From: an uncultured Pseudomonadota bacterium
GTDB taxonomy: Bacteria; Oederibacteriota; Muellerivitia; Muellerivitales; Muellerivitaceae
DNA length: 64,000 nucleotides
NCBI GenBank assembly: GCA_963836235.1
Contig: CAWIIP010000004.1
Span: 416,001-480,000, forward strand
Direction of reading: 5' to 3'
Shown: in pieces, positions 21,791-31,576 of the stretch
Numbering within the stretch: the stretch's first letter is position 1
Layout of the letters: the number at the start of each line of letters is the position of its first letter
Made by a program: the position numbers and the translations under genes
The notes under the pieces: generated by a model
What the model was told of the DNA's origin: nothing
Databases searched by the model: none
Seen by the model: only the letters and a program-made list of their open reading frames with translations

Positions 21791-24700
21791 GTGAAAAATT
21801 ACAAATTGTTTTTCATTTTAACTTTTTCCCTCTGGGGTTTGAGAGCGACGGCCTGGGCCGTCACTGACCTGAATTGGGCCGTTAACGGCGACTTTAAGGG
21901 TTCGGGTGGATGGACGGGCAATCTTGTGATCCAGCCGGGTTATCAAGGCCAGCCGGCGGCTTATCTTGAAAACACCAAACCGGTTTGGACGGAACTGGAC
22001 CAACGCATCAACTTTCCACAGCCCTCTCCGCCCGCGATCGAGATTTCCGGCTGGCTCAAGACCGAGAACGTGGTGAAGGGACAGCAGGATTGGGAAATGG
22101 CCCGCATCAGCGTGGTCTTCTATGACGCCAAGGGAACCCGTTTGGGAGACTGGCCCCCAACCGTGGCCCAAATCCAAGGCACCCATGATTGGGCCCTTTA
22201 TGACAACCAATATTCGCCCCCCCGGGGCACGGCCTACGCAAGCTTACAAATTTCCCTGGGCAATTGCACCGGGAAGGCCTGGTATTCGGATCTTCGAATG
22301 ATCGTTTACGATTACGATTTGAAACCCATCGCCCCTGGCCAACCCACCCATCCCAATCTCAAACCCCCGGTGACCCAGAAGAGCGACAACTGGATCTTGA
22401 ATCCGGGCTTTGAAACGCCCGGCGCCCGGGATTGGTCGGGCGGCCATATCACCCTGGATGGGCACCAGTCTCTGCATTGCCTGGTGGTGGAAAACGAGGC
22501 TCCGGGCTGGACGCTTCCGTCCCAGGATATTTCCTTCAAGGGCCAGACGCCGGCTTATGTCGTTTACGGCGGCTGGGTCAAAACACAGAATGTGGTTTTA
22601 GGAACCGAAAATTACATGGCCGCCCGGTTGGGCATCGACTTTCGGGACGCCAACGGCAAGCAAGTGGGCGGCTGGCAGGATGAGGTTTGCAAGGTCACCG
22701 GTACGACCGACTGGACCTATTATGAAAAGAAATTTCCACTTCCTCCCGGTACGGCCCAGGCGCATGTGGACGCGGGCCTGGGAAACTGCGTGGGAAAAGC
22801 CTGGTTTGACGATTTATCCCTGAAGCTCATCGACGCCCAGGGAAACCCCATTACCACGCTCCTCCAGAGCGAACAGGTTTCGGACACTTCCGATTGGTAC
22901 GCCTATCCGACGCCAGCCCATTATTCCGATACGGCTTTGGACCTGTCCTTCCTGAATGAAAAACCCGCCGGAACCCATGGTTTCGTCACCGTGAAGGACG
23001 GGCATTTTGCCTTCGCGGATGGCACCCGGATACGCTTCTGGGGCACCGACCTGGTGGGGCCTAACAACTTTCCGACCCACGAACAGGCCGATGCCTTGGC
23101 TTTAAGGCTGGCCAAACTGGGCGTGAACATGATCCGCTTCCACATGCCCGAATGCAGTTGGAGCGACCATAATTTCTTCGATCCGGAGGCGGATAACACC
23201 CTGACCTTGAAACCCGACCAGTTAGATAAGTTCGACTACCTTTTATCAGCGCTGAAAAAGAACGGGATCTATTTTTACCCGGATTGGTTGGTGGACCGGA
23301 AATTCCGAAAAGGGGACGGCGTCGAAGCCTATCAAGACCTGGACCCGGGCGCCAAGGGCGTCATTCATTTTTCCAAGCGCATCATCGAATTGACCCAGCA
23401 ATATGCCCAAGAGCTGATCGGCCAGGTCAATCCCTACACGGGGATGGCCTTGAAGGATGATCCGGCCTACGTGGGCAACGAAATCGTCAATGAATCCTCC
23501 ATCTTCTCCGGTTTCGGGGAGCAGAAGTTCCCGGAGCCCTATTGGGACGAGCTTCAAAAGCTTTATGAAAGGTGGGGAGGGAAAGGGGAGATCACCCGCT
23601 TCAAGTTCGATTGGGAAACCCAAAAGCTTTTGCCGGTGGCCAACCCGGAAAACGCGGACCAGTCTTTGAAATTCCTTCTTCACGAGGTGACCAAGACCGA
23701 CCTCGAAATGAAAGCCTTCCAAAGAAAGCTGAGCCCCCACGCCCTCCTGACCGGCAGCAATATGGGCCTTCCTATATTAGGCAACATCAAAAGCGACGCG
23801 GCTTTGGATTTCATGGATACCCACGCCTATTGGGATCATCCGCAGATATGGAACATCGAAGGCGGGTGGAGCAACGTGGCCGTCGCGCCCATGAACAACA
23901 ACTCTCAGCTTTTGTCCCCCCTGCAAGGATCGCTGTTATCCGGATTGTCCAACGACGCAGTCGAGGGCAAGCCCCTGATCGTGACCGAGTGGAACGACTG
24001 CTTCCCCAATGAGTACCGCATCGAGGGACCGGTGCTGATGGCGGCCTATGGAAGCCTCCAGGATTGGGACGGGCTCCTGCAGTTCGACCATGGGATCGAT
24101 ATGCCGGGATCGGTACGCATGAGCAACTTCGACATCAACAACCGGGTGGATGACCAGCCCCTTTACCAGGCGGGGGCCCTGATCTACCGCCTGGGTTACT
24201 TGAAGGCCGCCTCGGTTACGGTGGTGGAACCCGTCTCGGACAAGGCGGTCCTCGCCAACGGCATGAAGAGCCAATGGCTTTTCGACCATGCCTGGCTCCC
24301 TTACGTGGCCAAGGTGGAAAAACGTTTCACGGGAGCCAAGGAAGAGGCGCCGGCGGACTTGAGCGGCATCGAGAAACGCTACAGCGAGGACGAAAAGGAA
24401 ATCGACAGTTCGACCGGGGAAGAAACCCTTTATTTCGGGACTGGCGTTTTAAAATTGGACAGCCCTTGTGCCCAAGGGCTGGTGGGCAACATCGGCAACG
24501 GGCAAACCTTGGGAACGACGGGGATGTGGGTTGAGATTGCCAAACGCGATCCTTGGGCGGCGGTTTTCGCGGTCTCCCTGGATCAGAAACCCCTGGATCA
24601 ATCCGGCAAGTTCATCGTCATCGCCGACGCGAGAGCCGAGAACAGCGGCCAAACTTATAACGCGACCCGCACGGCCCTCAAAAATCCGGGTGTCCCGCCC

Positions 24701-24904
24701 GTCCTGATGCAGGGCGTGAAAGGCGTCGTTTCGATAGTGGTGAATCCCGCGATGAAATATCAAGTGGTTCCCCTGGACGAATCGGGCGCCGAAGGAAAGC
24801 CCTTGAAGACGGCCATGGAAAAAGGGGGATTGAAATTCACGATTTCGCCCGCGGACCATAGTTCCTATTACTTAGTCAGCGGAGAACCCAAGAGCGCGGA
24901 ATAA
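21791..24904 (+). CDS. Secreted glycoside hydrolase (clan GH-A, GH5/GH42-like) with two N-terminal CBM4/9-like domains
   Basis: Signal peptide. Two repeats N.ILNPGFE...GWLKTENV...GTHDW...GKAW(Y/F)(S/D)DL. Catalytic region VKDGHFAFADGTRIRFWG, GVNMIRFH, NPYTG..LKDDPA, NE acid/base, DTHAYWDHP, VTEWN nucleophile. Confidence 0.8.
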   Translation: MKNYKLFFILTFSLWGLRATAWAVTDLNWAVNGDFKGSGGWTGNLVIQPGYQGQPAAYLENTKPVWTELDQRINFPQPSPPAIEISGWLKTENVVKGQQDWEMARISVVFYDAKGTRLGDWPPTVAQIQGTHDWALYDNQYSPPRGTAYASLQISLGNCTGKAWYSDLRMIVYDYDLKPIAPGQPTHPNLKPPVTQKSDNWILNPGFETPGARDWSGGHITLDGHQSLHCLVVENEAPGWTLPSQDISFKGQTPAYVVYGGWVKTQNVVLGTENYMAARLGIDFRDANGKQVGGWQDEVCKVTGTTDWTYYEKKFPLPPGTAQAHVDAGLGNCVGKAWFDDLSLKLIDAQGNPITTLLQSEQVSDTSDWYAYPTPAHYSDTALDLSFLNEKPAGTHGFVTVKDGHFAFADGTRIRFWGTDLVGPNNFPTHEQADALALRLAKLGVNMIRFHMPECSWSDHNFFDPEADNTLTLKPDQLDKFDYLLSALKKNGIYFYPDWLVDRKFRKGDGVEAYQDLDPGAKGVIHFSKRIIELTQQYAQELIGQVNPYTGMALKDDPAYVGNEIVNESSIFSGFGEQKFPEPYWDELQKLYERWGGKGEITRFKFDWETQKLLPVANPENADQSLKFLLHEVTKTDLEMKAFQRKLSPHALLTGSNMGLPILGNIKSDAALDFMDTHAYWDHPQIWNIEGGWSNVAVAPMNNNSQLLSPLQGSLLSGLSNDAVEGKPLIVTEWNDCFPNEYRIEGPVLMAAYGSLQDWDGLLQFDHGIDMPGSVRMSNFDINNRVDDQPLYQAGALIYRLGYLKAASVTVVEPVSDKAVLANGMKSQWLFDHAWLPYVAKVEKRFTGAKEEAPADLSGIEKRYSEDEKEIDSSTGEETLYFGTGVLKLDSPCAQGLVGNIGNGQTLGTTGMWVEIAKRDPWAAVFAVSLDQKPLDQSGKFIVIADARAENSGQTYNATRTALKNPGVPPVLMQGVKGVVSIVVNPAMKYQVVPLDESGAEGKPLKTAMEKGGLKFTISPADHSSYYLVSGEPKSAE

Positions 24905-25566
24905 TGGCGACCGAATCCAAAACCATACTTAAGATCAATGAAATTTACCCAAGCCTCCAAGGCGAATCCACTTACGCGGGGCTGCCCTGCGCGTTCGTGC
25001 GGCTGACCGGCTGTTCCTTGCGCTGTACCTGGTGCGATACGGCTTACGCTTTTTACGAAGGCCAGGACCAGGGTTTAGAGGCGGTCTTGGCCAAGCTGGA
25101 TTCTTTCGGGGTGAAGTTGGTGGAAATTACGGGCGGGGAACCCCTGGAACAGGAAGGGGTTTATCCTTTGATGGAATCCCTCTTAAAGAAAGGCTACAAA
25201 GTGCTTTTGGAGACCAGCGGCGCCGTGGATTTGGGCCGGACGCCGAAAGACGTCGTGAAGATCATGGATGTCAAATGCCCCGGATCAGGCGAGGATAAAA
25301 GGAATCTCTGGAGCAACCTGGAAAAACTGGTTCCAGGACAAGACGAAATCAAATTCGTCATCCGTGACCAAGAGGATTACGACTTCGCCAAATATGTCGT
25401 CAGTCACTATGGCTTGGCCGGGAAATTCACCCTGCTTTTCTCGCCTTCCCATGAGGAATTGGAAGCCTCCCGGCTGAGCGAGTGGATTCTTCGGGATAAA
25501 TTACCGGTGCGGTTGAACCTCCAGCTTCATAAAACCATTTGGCCGAAAGACACGAAGGGAAGATGA
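24904..25566 (+). CDS. queE: 7-carboxy-7-deazaguanine synthase (radical SAM)
   Basis: SLQGES...[16 protein letters not shown] (CxxxCxxC), ITGGEPL, LETSG, LQLHK. Confidence 0.93.
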   Translation: MATESKTILKINEIYPSLQGESTYAGLPCAFVRLTGCSLRCTWCDTAYAFYEGQDQGLEAVLAKLDSFGVKLVEITGGEPLEQEGVYPLMESLLKKGYKVLLETSGAVDLGRTPKDVVKIMDVKCPGSGEDKRNLWSNLEKLVPGQDEIKFVIRDQEDYDFAKYVVSHYGLAGKFTLLFSPSHEELEASRLSEWILRDKLPVRLNLQLHKTIWPKDTKGR

Positions 25567-26252
25567 TGAAAAAGAAAGCGGTCGTCCTCGTGTCGGGCGG
25601 GTTGGACTCGGCCACCTGTCTAGCTATTGCCCAAAAAGAGGGCTATGAACTTTACGCCCTGACGCTTTCCTACGGCCAGCGGCACCGGGTGGAGATCAAG
25701 GCGGCCCGGAAAATCGCCAAGGTCTACCGGGTGAAAAAACACCTGGAACTGGAAGTGCCCCTAACCACGATCGGCGGTTCGGCGCTAACGGATTCGAAAA
25801 TCAAGGTGCCGAAACAGCGAAGCTTGAAAGAGATGGGGAAGGGAATTCCTTCCACTTATGTCCCGGCCCGAAACACGGTCTTTCTATCGCTGGCCTTGGC
25901 CTGGGCGGAAGTTTTGGGGGCCGATGACATTTTCATTGGCGTCAACGCCCTGGATTACAGCGGTTATCCCGATTGCCGTCCCGAATTTATCCGGGCCTAT
26001 GAAAAACTCTCGAAGCTTGCCACCAAAAAGGGAGTAGAGGGGAAGTGGAAGTTGAGAATCCATACCCCGCTTATCCGTATGAGCAAGGCCCAGATCATCA
26101 AGACCGGTTTGAGGTTGGGAGTGGACTATGGACTCACCCATTCCTGTTATGACCCCCGGCCCAATGGCCAAACTTGTGGAAAATGCGATTCATGCCTTTT
26201 GAGAGAGAAAGGTTTCAAAACTGTGGGACTAAGCGACCCTTCCAGACATTAA
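25563..26252 (+). CDS. queC: 7-cyano-7-deazaguanine synthase
   Basis: [36 protein letters not shown]...CGKCDSC zinc motif. Confidence 0.96.
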   Translation: MMKKKAVVLVSGGLDSATCLAIAQKEGYELYALTLSYGQRHRVEIKAARKIAKVYRVKKHLELEVPLTTIGGSALTDSKIKVPKQRSLKEMGKGIPSTYVPARNTVFLSLALAWAEVLGADDIFIGVNALDYSGYPDCRPEFIRAYEKLSKLATKKGVEGKWKLRIHTPLIRMSKAQIIKTGLRLGVDYGLTHSCYDPRPNGQTCGKCDSCLLREKGFKTVGLSDPSRH

Positions 26253-26432
26253 TGACTTGTAAAAAGAAATGAGCGCAGCTTTTTTCGTTAAACATATCGC
26301 TTTTAGTTATGAACCGCCTCGTTCTTGACGTGCTTTTTGGATGACTTTTTTATGGCTGCCAGTAAACTACAAGCACTCGACACCTATCTTTCGCCTTTAT
26401 ATAAAATCAGTACTATTTCAGGATTATTTCAA

Positions 26433-29400
26433 ATGTTATTGTCGGCCAGAACTGAATTTTTCCTTTCCGTTTTTCTTTTCCTATTTGCTTTCCGGGTTTT
26501 CGCCCAGGATTCGAGTGACACCTTTACGCCCACTCCCGATCCTTCTGATACCCCAACCTTCACTTCGACTTTTACACCCGATCCGACGGACACATCCAGC
26601 TATACGCCCACCGGTACAGCATCTTCAACACCCTTCAATACCCCGACTCCCGCCATCACGATGGTTCCCGTGAACTGTTCTTCCGACAACCTCTCTGGCG
26701 TTCCTTCATCTGGTTCCTTGAGCATCCACCCATCGGGTGATTTCATCCCCCTTTGTAGTGGATGGGTGATTTACGGGGATCAGGCCACGAATCAAGTCGT
26801 TATCCAAAATGTTTTCACGGGACAAGTCAACCAAACCTATAGTCTGGAGGCGTCTCCCCTTTACTTGGGGCTAGACGCGACCAACGGCTTTCTCTATGCC
26901 ACGCTCAACAATACCAGCGCCTTGGCGCAGGTTAACTTAACTACCGGCCAGGTCAATAACATCGCCTTGAGCGCTCCCGCTAGTTTCTTGGCGGTCGGCA
27001 ACAATGGCCTTGTCTTTGTGGAAGCGGGAGGAGGTTATCAGCCGACAATCCAAATCATTAATGGGCTAAGCGGTAGCGTCGTTCAAAACATCAGCAATTT
27101 CGGTTCCGGCGGATTCTTGGCTTATGACAACGTTCATAATCAACTTTTTGTTGGCGCCCACGCAACTGAGCCTTCTGAATTTGACCAATACAGCTTCAAT
27201 CCCACCATGCTCACCCTGACGAAATTAACGGGTGTCGGGACGACCGGGTTTGGGGAAGATCTTACTGTTTCCCCTGATGGAAACCATGTGGTTTTCCCGA
27301 GCGGGGGAGACCAAAAAATTTACGACTACAGTAGTTCCGCCCTCACAATTACTAATGGGGCTTGGGATACTTCGAGTTATCCCTGGGGCGCTCGCTACAG
27401 CCCTGATTCCAAATATTTGTTGGCCACCAACACGACAAACTTTATGGTTTTCGACGCGAATACCCATGTGCTTCTTCAATCCAACACGACCAATGGTTCC
27501 CTGACGAGAGTTGGGTTTTCCCAGGGGGAGGGTGTGGTTTACGCCCTTCAAAACACAGGCTCGGCCAGCAGTCTCTTTTGGCATACTTTTACTCGGCCAG
27601 CCCCCACCGTGGGAGCGACGCCAGCCCCTACTCCGGTGGCGTTCAACTGCACGACGGACAATCTCAACGGTATTCCAACGTCAGGTTCTTTCTCGGTTAA
27701 TCCGGGACAGGATTTCATACCGCTTTGCAGCGGATGGGTAATTGTTCCCGATATCACCTTAAACCAGATTCTCGTGGAAAACGTGACGACAGGCCAAGTG
27801 AACCGCCGCTATCAGATGCAGGCTTCCCCCCTAAACCTTAGCCTGGACTCCGTTAACGGATATCTTTACGCCACATTGGATGGCTCCACTTTCCTGGCCC
27901 AAATCAATTTGGTCAGCGACGCCATCCAGTATCTTCCATCCACGGAGCCGCTCTATGAAGTAGTTGTTGGAAACAACGGAACTGTTTTTACCGAAGGGCA
28001 AAACGACGCCCTTTTTTCCGAATTGAACGGGCCCTCGGGTTCAGCCCCGGTGAGTTTGGGCAAACCTCCCATCTCCTACCCGGGTTGCCTAGCTTATGAC
28101 AAAGTCCACGACCAGCTCTTCTATGGGGCGTCAGCGTACACGCCGTCCAATTTGATCCGTTACATCTACAATTCAGCAAACCTCTCCTTGACCTTGCAAC
28201 AAAACGTCCAATTCCAGGCAGCTATTGGGGACCTGGATGTCTCAACGGACGGGAATCATCTGTTGGTTGTTACACCATTTGGGAATGACCAAACACCACC
28301 TTATAATTACATTCTTAATGATTACAGTCCCTTGAACCTGACCACCATTCAGGGCTCAATTGGGGCCGGTGGTCCGCCCGCTTGCGGCCATTTCAGCCCT
28401 AATAATCAATTGTTTACCGCCAGTAACGGAACCACACTTTCCATATTCCAATTGTCCAATTACAGCCCATTCGAGAGTTATATTCCCGGGGCGAATATTA
28501 TAAAAACAAAGTTCTCTACTGGCTCCTCCATGGTCTTTGATTTAAGAATGGGTCCTCCGAACACAATTGATTGGCATACTTTGCCCACGCCTGTTCCCAC
28601 CGCCACCTCGACCCCCACAGTGACCATCACTAACACCCCGATTTTTTCCTTTACTCCGACAAGCACCGCTACCAATACAGCCACGCCGACGGCTAGCGGT
28701 ACGCCGACCAGCACCAATACCCCTATCGTTTGCGGTCCTGGGACCACCCTCCTGTTCAACTGGATTTCGATGTCGCCCATCCCGACCCCTCCGGGAGGGG
28801 GGCAGGGAGTGGTGGTGAACGGAAAGATTTTTTTCCCCGGTGGTTCCTTGCAAGGCGGGACCCTGGTCTATGACCCTGCGTCGAATTCGTGGAGCCAATT
28901 GGCTCCTATGCCCACGTCCCGTAATGGCTTTGGTGCCGGTGCCATTAACGGGATCATCTATGTCGCCGGGGGGCAGAGCAATTACAACAATGTCTGGTGG
29001 CCCTATAGCACCCTCGAGGCTTACAACCCCGCTACGAACACCTGGGCTACCCTGGCCCCGATGCCGAATTACCGTTATGTGGTATCCGCCGGTGTCCTCA
29101 ATGGTCAACTTTACGTGATCGGGGGGGTCAACACACCTAATACCGTCGAGGCTTATGACCCTCCTACTAATTCGTGGATAGAGAGATCTTCAATGCCCAC
29201 GGGACGGTGGAATACCGCCACGGTGGTTATTAATAATAAACTCTATGTGGCTGCGGGGGTCAATTCCGGGTTCTTGAACAACTTGGAGGTCTATGATCCT
29301 GCGACCGATAGTTGGAGCGAGAGATCTCCCATTCCCACTGCCGAGTGGGGTTCGATGGGGGTCTCCCTGGGGGGAAAGATGGTCGTCCTGGGTGGGACAT

Positions 29401-31469
29401 CTCCGAGCGTGAGCTATTCTAAGAATGTCCAGTCCTATGACCCCGGCTCCGATACTTGGTCTAACCTTTCCCCGCTCATCACCGGTCGGAACTATCTTTA
29501 CGGTGGGGTAATCGGCCAACAGATATACGCCATGGGCGGACAGGGTCCTGGGGCTTCGAACGTCGACGAGGTGGGAGCCTGGGTCTGTGTCCCTTATACG
29601 AGCACCCCTACCCCAACCTTCACCCAAACTTCGACTTTGACCCTCACTTCGACGCAAAGCGCCACCAATTCAGCGACCACTACTGCCACTCCCGATTCGA
29701 CAGATACACCCACCAATACCGGGACATCCACGGCCACATCGACCGCTACGAGCACAATAACCAATACTTCCACTCCGGACCTCACCGACACCCCCACCAA
29801 CAGCCCTGCGAATACCGCGACCTCCAGTGCCACCAACACAGCTACCCGTACCACCACTGCCACGGCTACTCCCAGCGCCACCAGTTCGGCGACGAATACC
29901 GCCACCAGCACTTCAACTCCCGACCCAACCGATACGCCCACTTCGACGGCCACATTCACGCTCTCCAACACCTCGACTCCTGATCCTACGGAAACTCCAA
30001 CGAATACCCCGACTTCTACAGCCACTTCCACCGCCACCAATACGGTTACGGTTCCCCCGACCTACACGGCCACCAATAGCAACACTCCGACCGCCACGAA
30101 TTCGCAGACTAACAGCCCCACCAATACCGCCACCCTCACCGCTACTAACACGGCCACTTCCACCACTACCAATACGGTTACGGTTCCCCCGACCTACACG
30201 GCCACCAATAGCAACACTCCGACCGCCACGAATTCGCAGACTAACAGCCCCACCAACACCTCGACTCTGACAGCCACGAGTACAGTCACCAATACGCCGA
30301 CCAATACAGCCACTAACAGCGCTACGAACACCACGACCAACACAGCCACTAACTCAGCTACTTCCACATCCACTAACACCCCAACCAACACGGTCACCAA
30401 TTCGCCTACGGTTCCCCCGACCCATACGGCGACGAATACCATCACTCTGACCGCCACGAATAGCGCGACCAAAAGCCCAACCCCTTCGGCCACCTATACG
30501 CCCACTAACAGCCCTACCCTTACGCCCACGAAAACCGTTGCCTTGACCGCCACCAAAACCCCGACTGCCACCGTCAGCAAAACTTCCACTAGAACAGCAA
30601 CTCCGACGATTACCCCCACCCCGACCAAAACTTTCACTAAAACATTCACTCCAACAATTACTCCCACACCCACCAAGACCGTTACCCCAACCTATACCCC
30701 CGCGATGAATACGCCCACCAAAACCCCCACCGCCATCCTGACCTTCTTCCCGACTCCATTCAAATCCATCGCCGTTTCCGACTCGGCGAGCGCCTGCGTC
30801 ACGGTGGGGCAATCCCTTTCCGTCACGGCCGTCTTCGGGCCGACCAACGATCAAAACCAGACCGACGACTACAGCATCGGCTTTGGGAACGGCACCACGA
30901 TTGTTTGGGGGAATGGCTGCACCGCTTCCTACAACACCGGCTCCCTTTCGACCGACAAACCGGTTACGGTCGTCCAATCGGTCGCGGTTCCGGCCACGGT
31001 CACCAGCGGCGCCTACACGAGCTTGGATGTGGTGGGCATCCAGGACAGCACCTACCTCTGCGGCGGCAGCACCGTTATCGGAAGCGTCTCCATCTCGATC
31101 TGTTCAACGGGAAGCAAGCTGAAATCCTTCAATTCCCTTATTTCGGAAGGAACTTCTACGCCCAATGAAAGCCTCTCCCATGGGCCGCAAGTTGTCGCGG
31201 CGCCCAATGTTTCCCGCGACGATCAACCTATCCGGTTCCTGCTTCAATTGGCGTCTCCCGCCCAAGTTCGAATTACCCTCTACACTCTGCTTGGCGAGGA
31301 AATTTATTCCAATGAATCGCAGGCAGGGGCCGGGTCCTCCCAGTTGGTTTGGAACCTCCAAAACGCTTCCGGGGCGGAGGTGGCCAGCGGCCTTTACTTC
31401 TATGTAGTGGAAGTGGGGGAGGGGGCCTCGCCGATCATTAAAACCGGTAAGATCCTGGTTTTGAGATAG
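26433..31469 (+). CDS. Giant secreted/surface protein: two YncE-like beta-propellers, Kelch propeller, Thr-rich stalk, Cys-containing beta domain and C-terminal FlgD-Ig/T9SS-like domain
   Basis: Signal peptide after ATG 26433. Duplicated domain starting NC..DNL.G.P.SG...DFIPLCSGWVI. Six Kelch repeats (IYVAGG...YNPATNTW..LAPMP). About 380 aa TATNTPT stalk. C-terminus LYTLLGE...WNLQNASG...SGLYFY...GKILVLR. Confidence 0.85.
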   Translation: MLLSARTEFFLSVFLFLFAFRVFAQDSSDTFTPTPDPSDTPTFTSTFTPDPTDTSSYTPTGTASSTPFNTPTPAITMVPVNCSSDNLSGVPSSGSLSIHPSGDFIPLCSGWVIYGDQATNQVVIQNVFTGQVNQTYSLEASPLYLGLDATNGFLYATLNNTSALAQVNLTTGQVNNIALSAPASFLAVGNNGLVFVEAGGGYQPTIQIINGLSGSVVQNISNFGSGGFLAYDNVHNQLFVGAHATEPSEFDQYSFNPTMLTLTKLTGVGTTGFGEDLTVSPDGNHVVFPSGGDQKIYDYSSSALTITNGAWDTSSYPWGARYSPDSKYLLATNTTNFMVFDANTHVLLQSNTTNGSLTRVGFSQGEGVVYALQNTGSASSLFWHTFTRPAPTVGATPAPTPVAFNCTTDNLNGIPTSGSFSVNPGQDFIPLCSGWVIVPDITLNQILVENVTTGQVNRRYQMQASPLNLSLDSVNGYLYATLDGSTFLAQINLVSDAIQYLPSTEPLYEVVVGNNGTVFTEGQNDALFSELNGPSGSAPVSLGKPPISYPGCLAYDKVHDQLFYGASAYTPSNLIRYIYNSANLSLTLQQNVQFQAAIGDLDVSTDGNHLLVVTPFGNDQTPPYNYILNDYSPLNLTTIQGSIGAGGPPACGHFSPNNQLFTASNGTTLSIFQLSNYSPFESYIPGANIIKTKFSTGSSMVFDLRMGPPNTIDWHTLPTPVPTATSTPTVTITNTPIFSFTPTSTATNTATPTASGTPTSTNTPIVCGPGTTLLFNWISMSPIPTPPGGGQGVVVNGKIFFPGGSLQGGTLVYDPASNSWSQLAPMPTSRNGFGAGAINGIIYVAGGQSNYNNVWWPYSTLEAYNPATNTWATLAPMPNYRYVVSAGVLNGQLYVIGGVNTPNTVEAYDPPTNSWIERSSMPTGRWNTATVVINNKLYVAAGVNSGFLNNLEVYDPATDSWSERSPIPTAEWGSMGVSLGGKMVVLGGTSPSVSYSKNVQSYDPGSDTWSNLSPLITGRNYLYGGVIGQQIYAMGGQGPGASNVDEVGAWVCVPYTSTPTPTFTQTSTLTLTSTQSATNSATTTATPDSTDTPTNTGTSTATSTATSTITNTSTPDLTDTPTNSPANTATSSATNTATRTTTATATPSATSSATNTATSTSTPDPTDTPTSTATFTLSNTSTPDPTETPTNTPTSTATSTATNTVTVPPTYTATNSNTPTATNSQTNSPTNTATLTATNTATSTTTNTVTVPPTYTATNSNTPTATNSQTNSPTNTSTLTATSTVTNTPTNTATNSATNTTTNTATNSATSTSTNTPTNTVTNSPTVPPTHTATNTITLTATNSATKSPTPSATYTPTNSPTLTPTKTVALTATKTPTATVSKTSTRTATPTITPTPTKTFTKTFTPTITPTPTKTVTPTYTPAMNTPTKTPTAILTFFPTPFKSIAVSDSASACVTVGQSLSVTAVFGPTNDQNQTDDYSIGFGNGTTIVWGNGCTASYNTGSLSTDKPVTVVQSVAVPATVTSGAYTSLDVVGIQDSTYLCGGSTVIGSVSISICSTGSKLKSFNSLISEGTSTPNESLSHGPQVVAAPNVSRDDQPIRFLLQLASPAQVRITLYTLLGEEIYSNESQAGAGSSQLVWNLQNASGAEVASGLYFYVVEVGEGASPIIKTGKILVLR
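30021..30256 (+). repeat. Near-identical intragenic tandem repeat, 132 bp (44 aa) period
   Basis: gccacttccacc...acggttcccccgacctacacggccaccaatagcaacactccgaccgccacgaattcgcagactaacagccccaccaa starts at 30021 and at 30153. Confidence 0.9.
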
Positions 31470-31576
31470 ATTATTCGCGGGTATCCTGCTGTCTCTTGTG
31501 CGGTTTTTGGCGTTTTTCCTTTCGGCCCCGCCCAACCCGGCTAAAAATATTGTTCCCGTCCCGCGCGGATGTTAAG

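Noticed and set aside
24904-26252. queE-queC as part of a 7-deazaguanine DNA-modification (dpd) defence island
   Set aside because: No dpdA/tgt-like, dpdB-K, folE or queD neighbours. Host-like composition fits ordinary queuosine synthesis.
29600-30740. Repetitive DNA as a possible CRISPR array or DGR template
   Set aside because: The repeats are in-frame coding repeats with no constant repeat-spacer pattern and no adenine-specific variation. No cas or reverse transcriptase gene is present.
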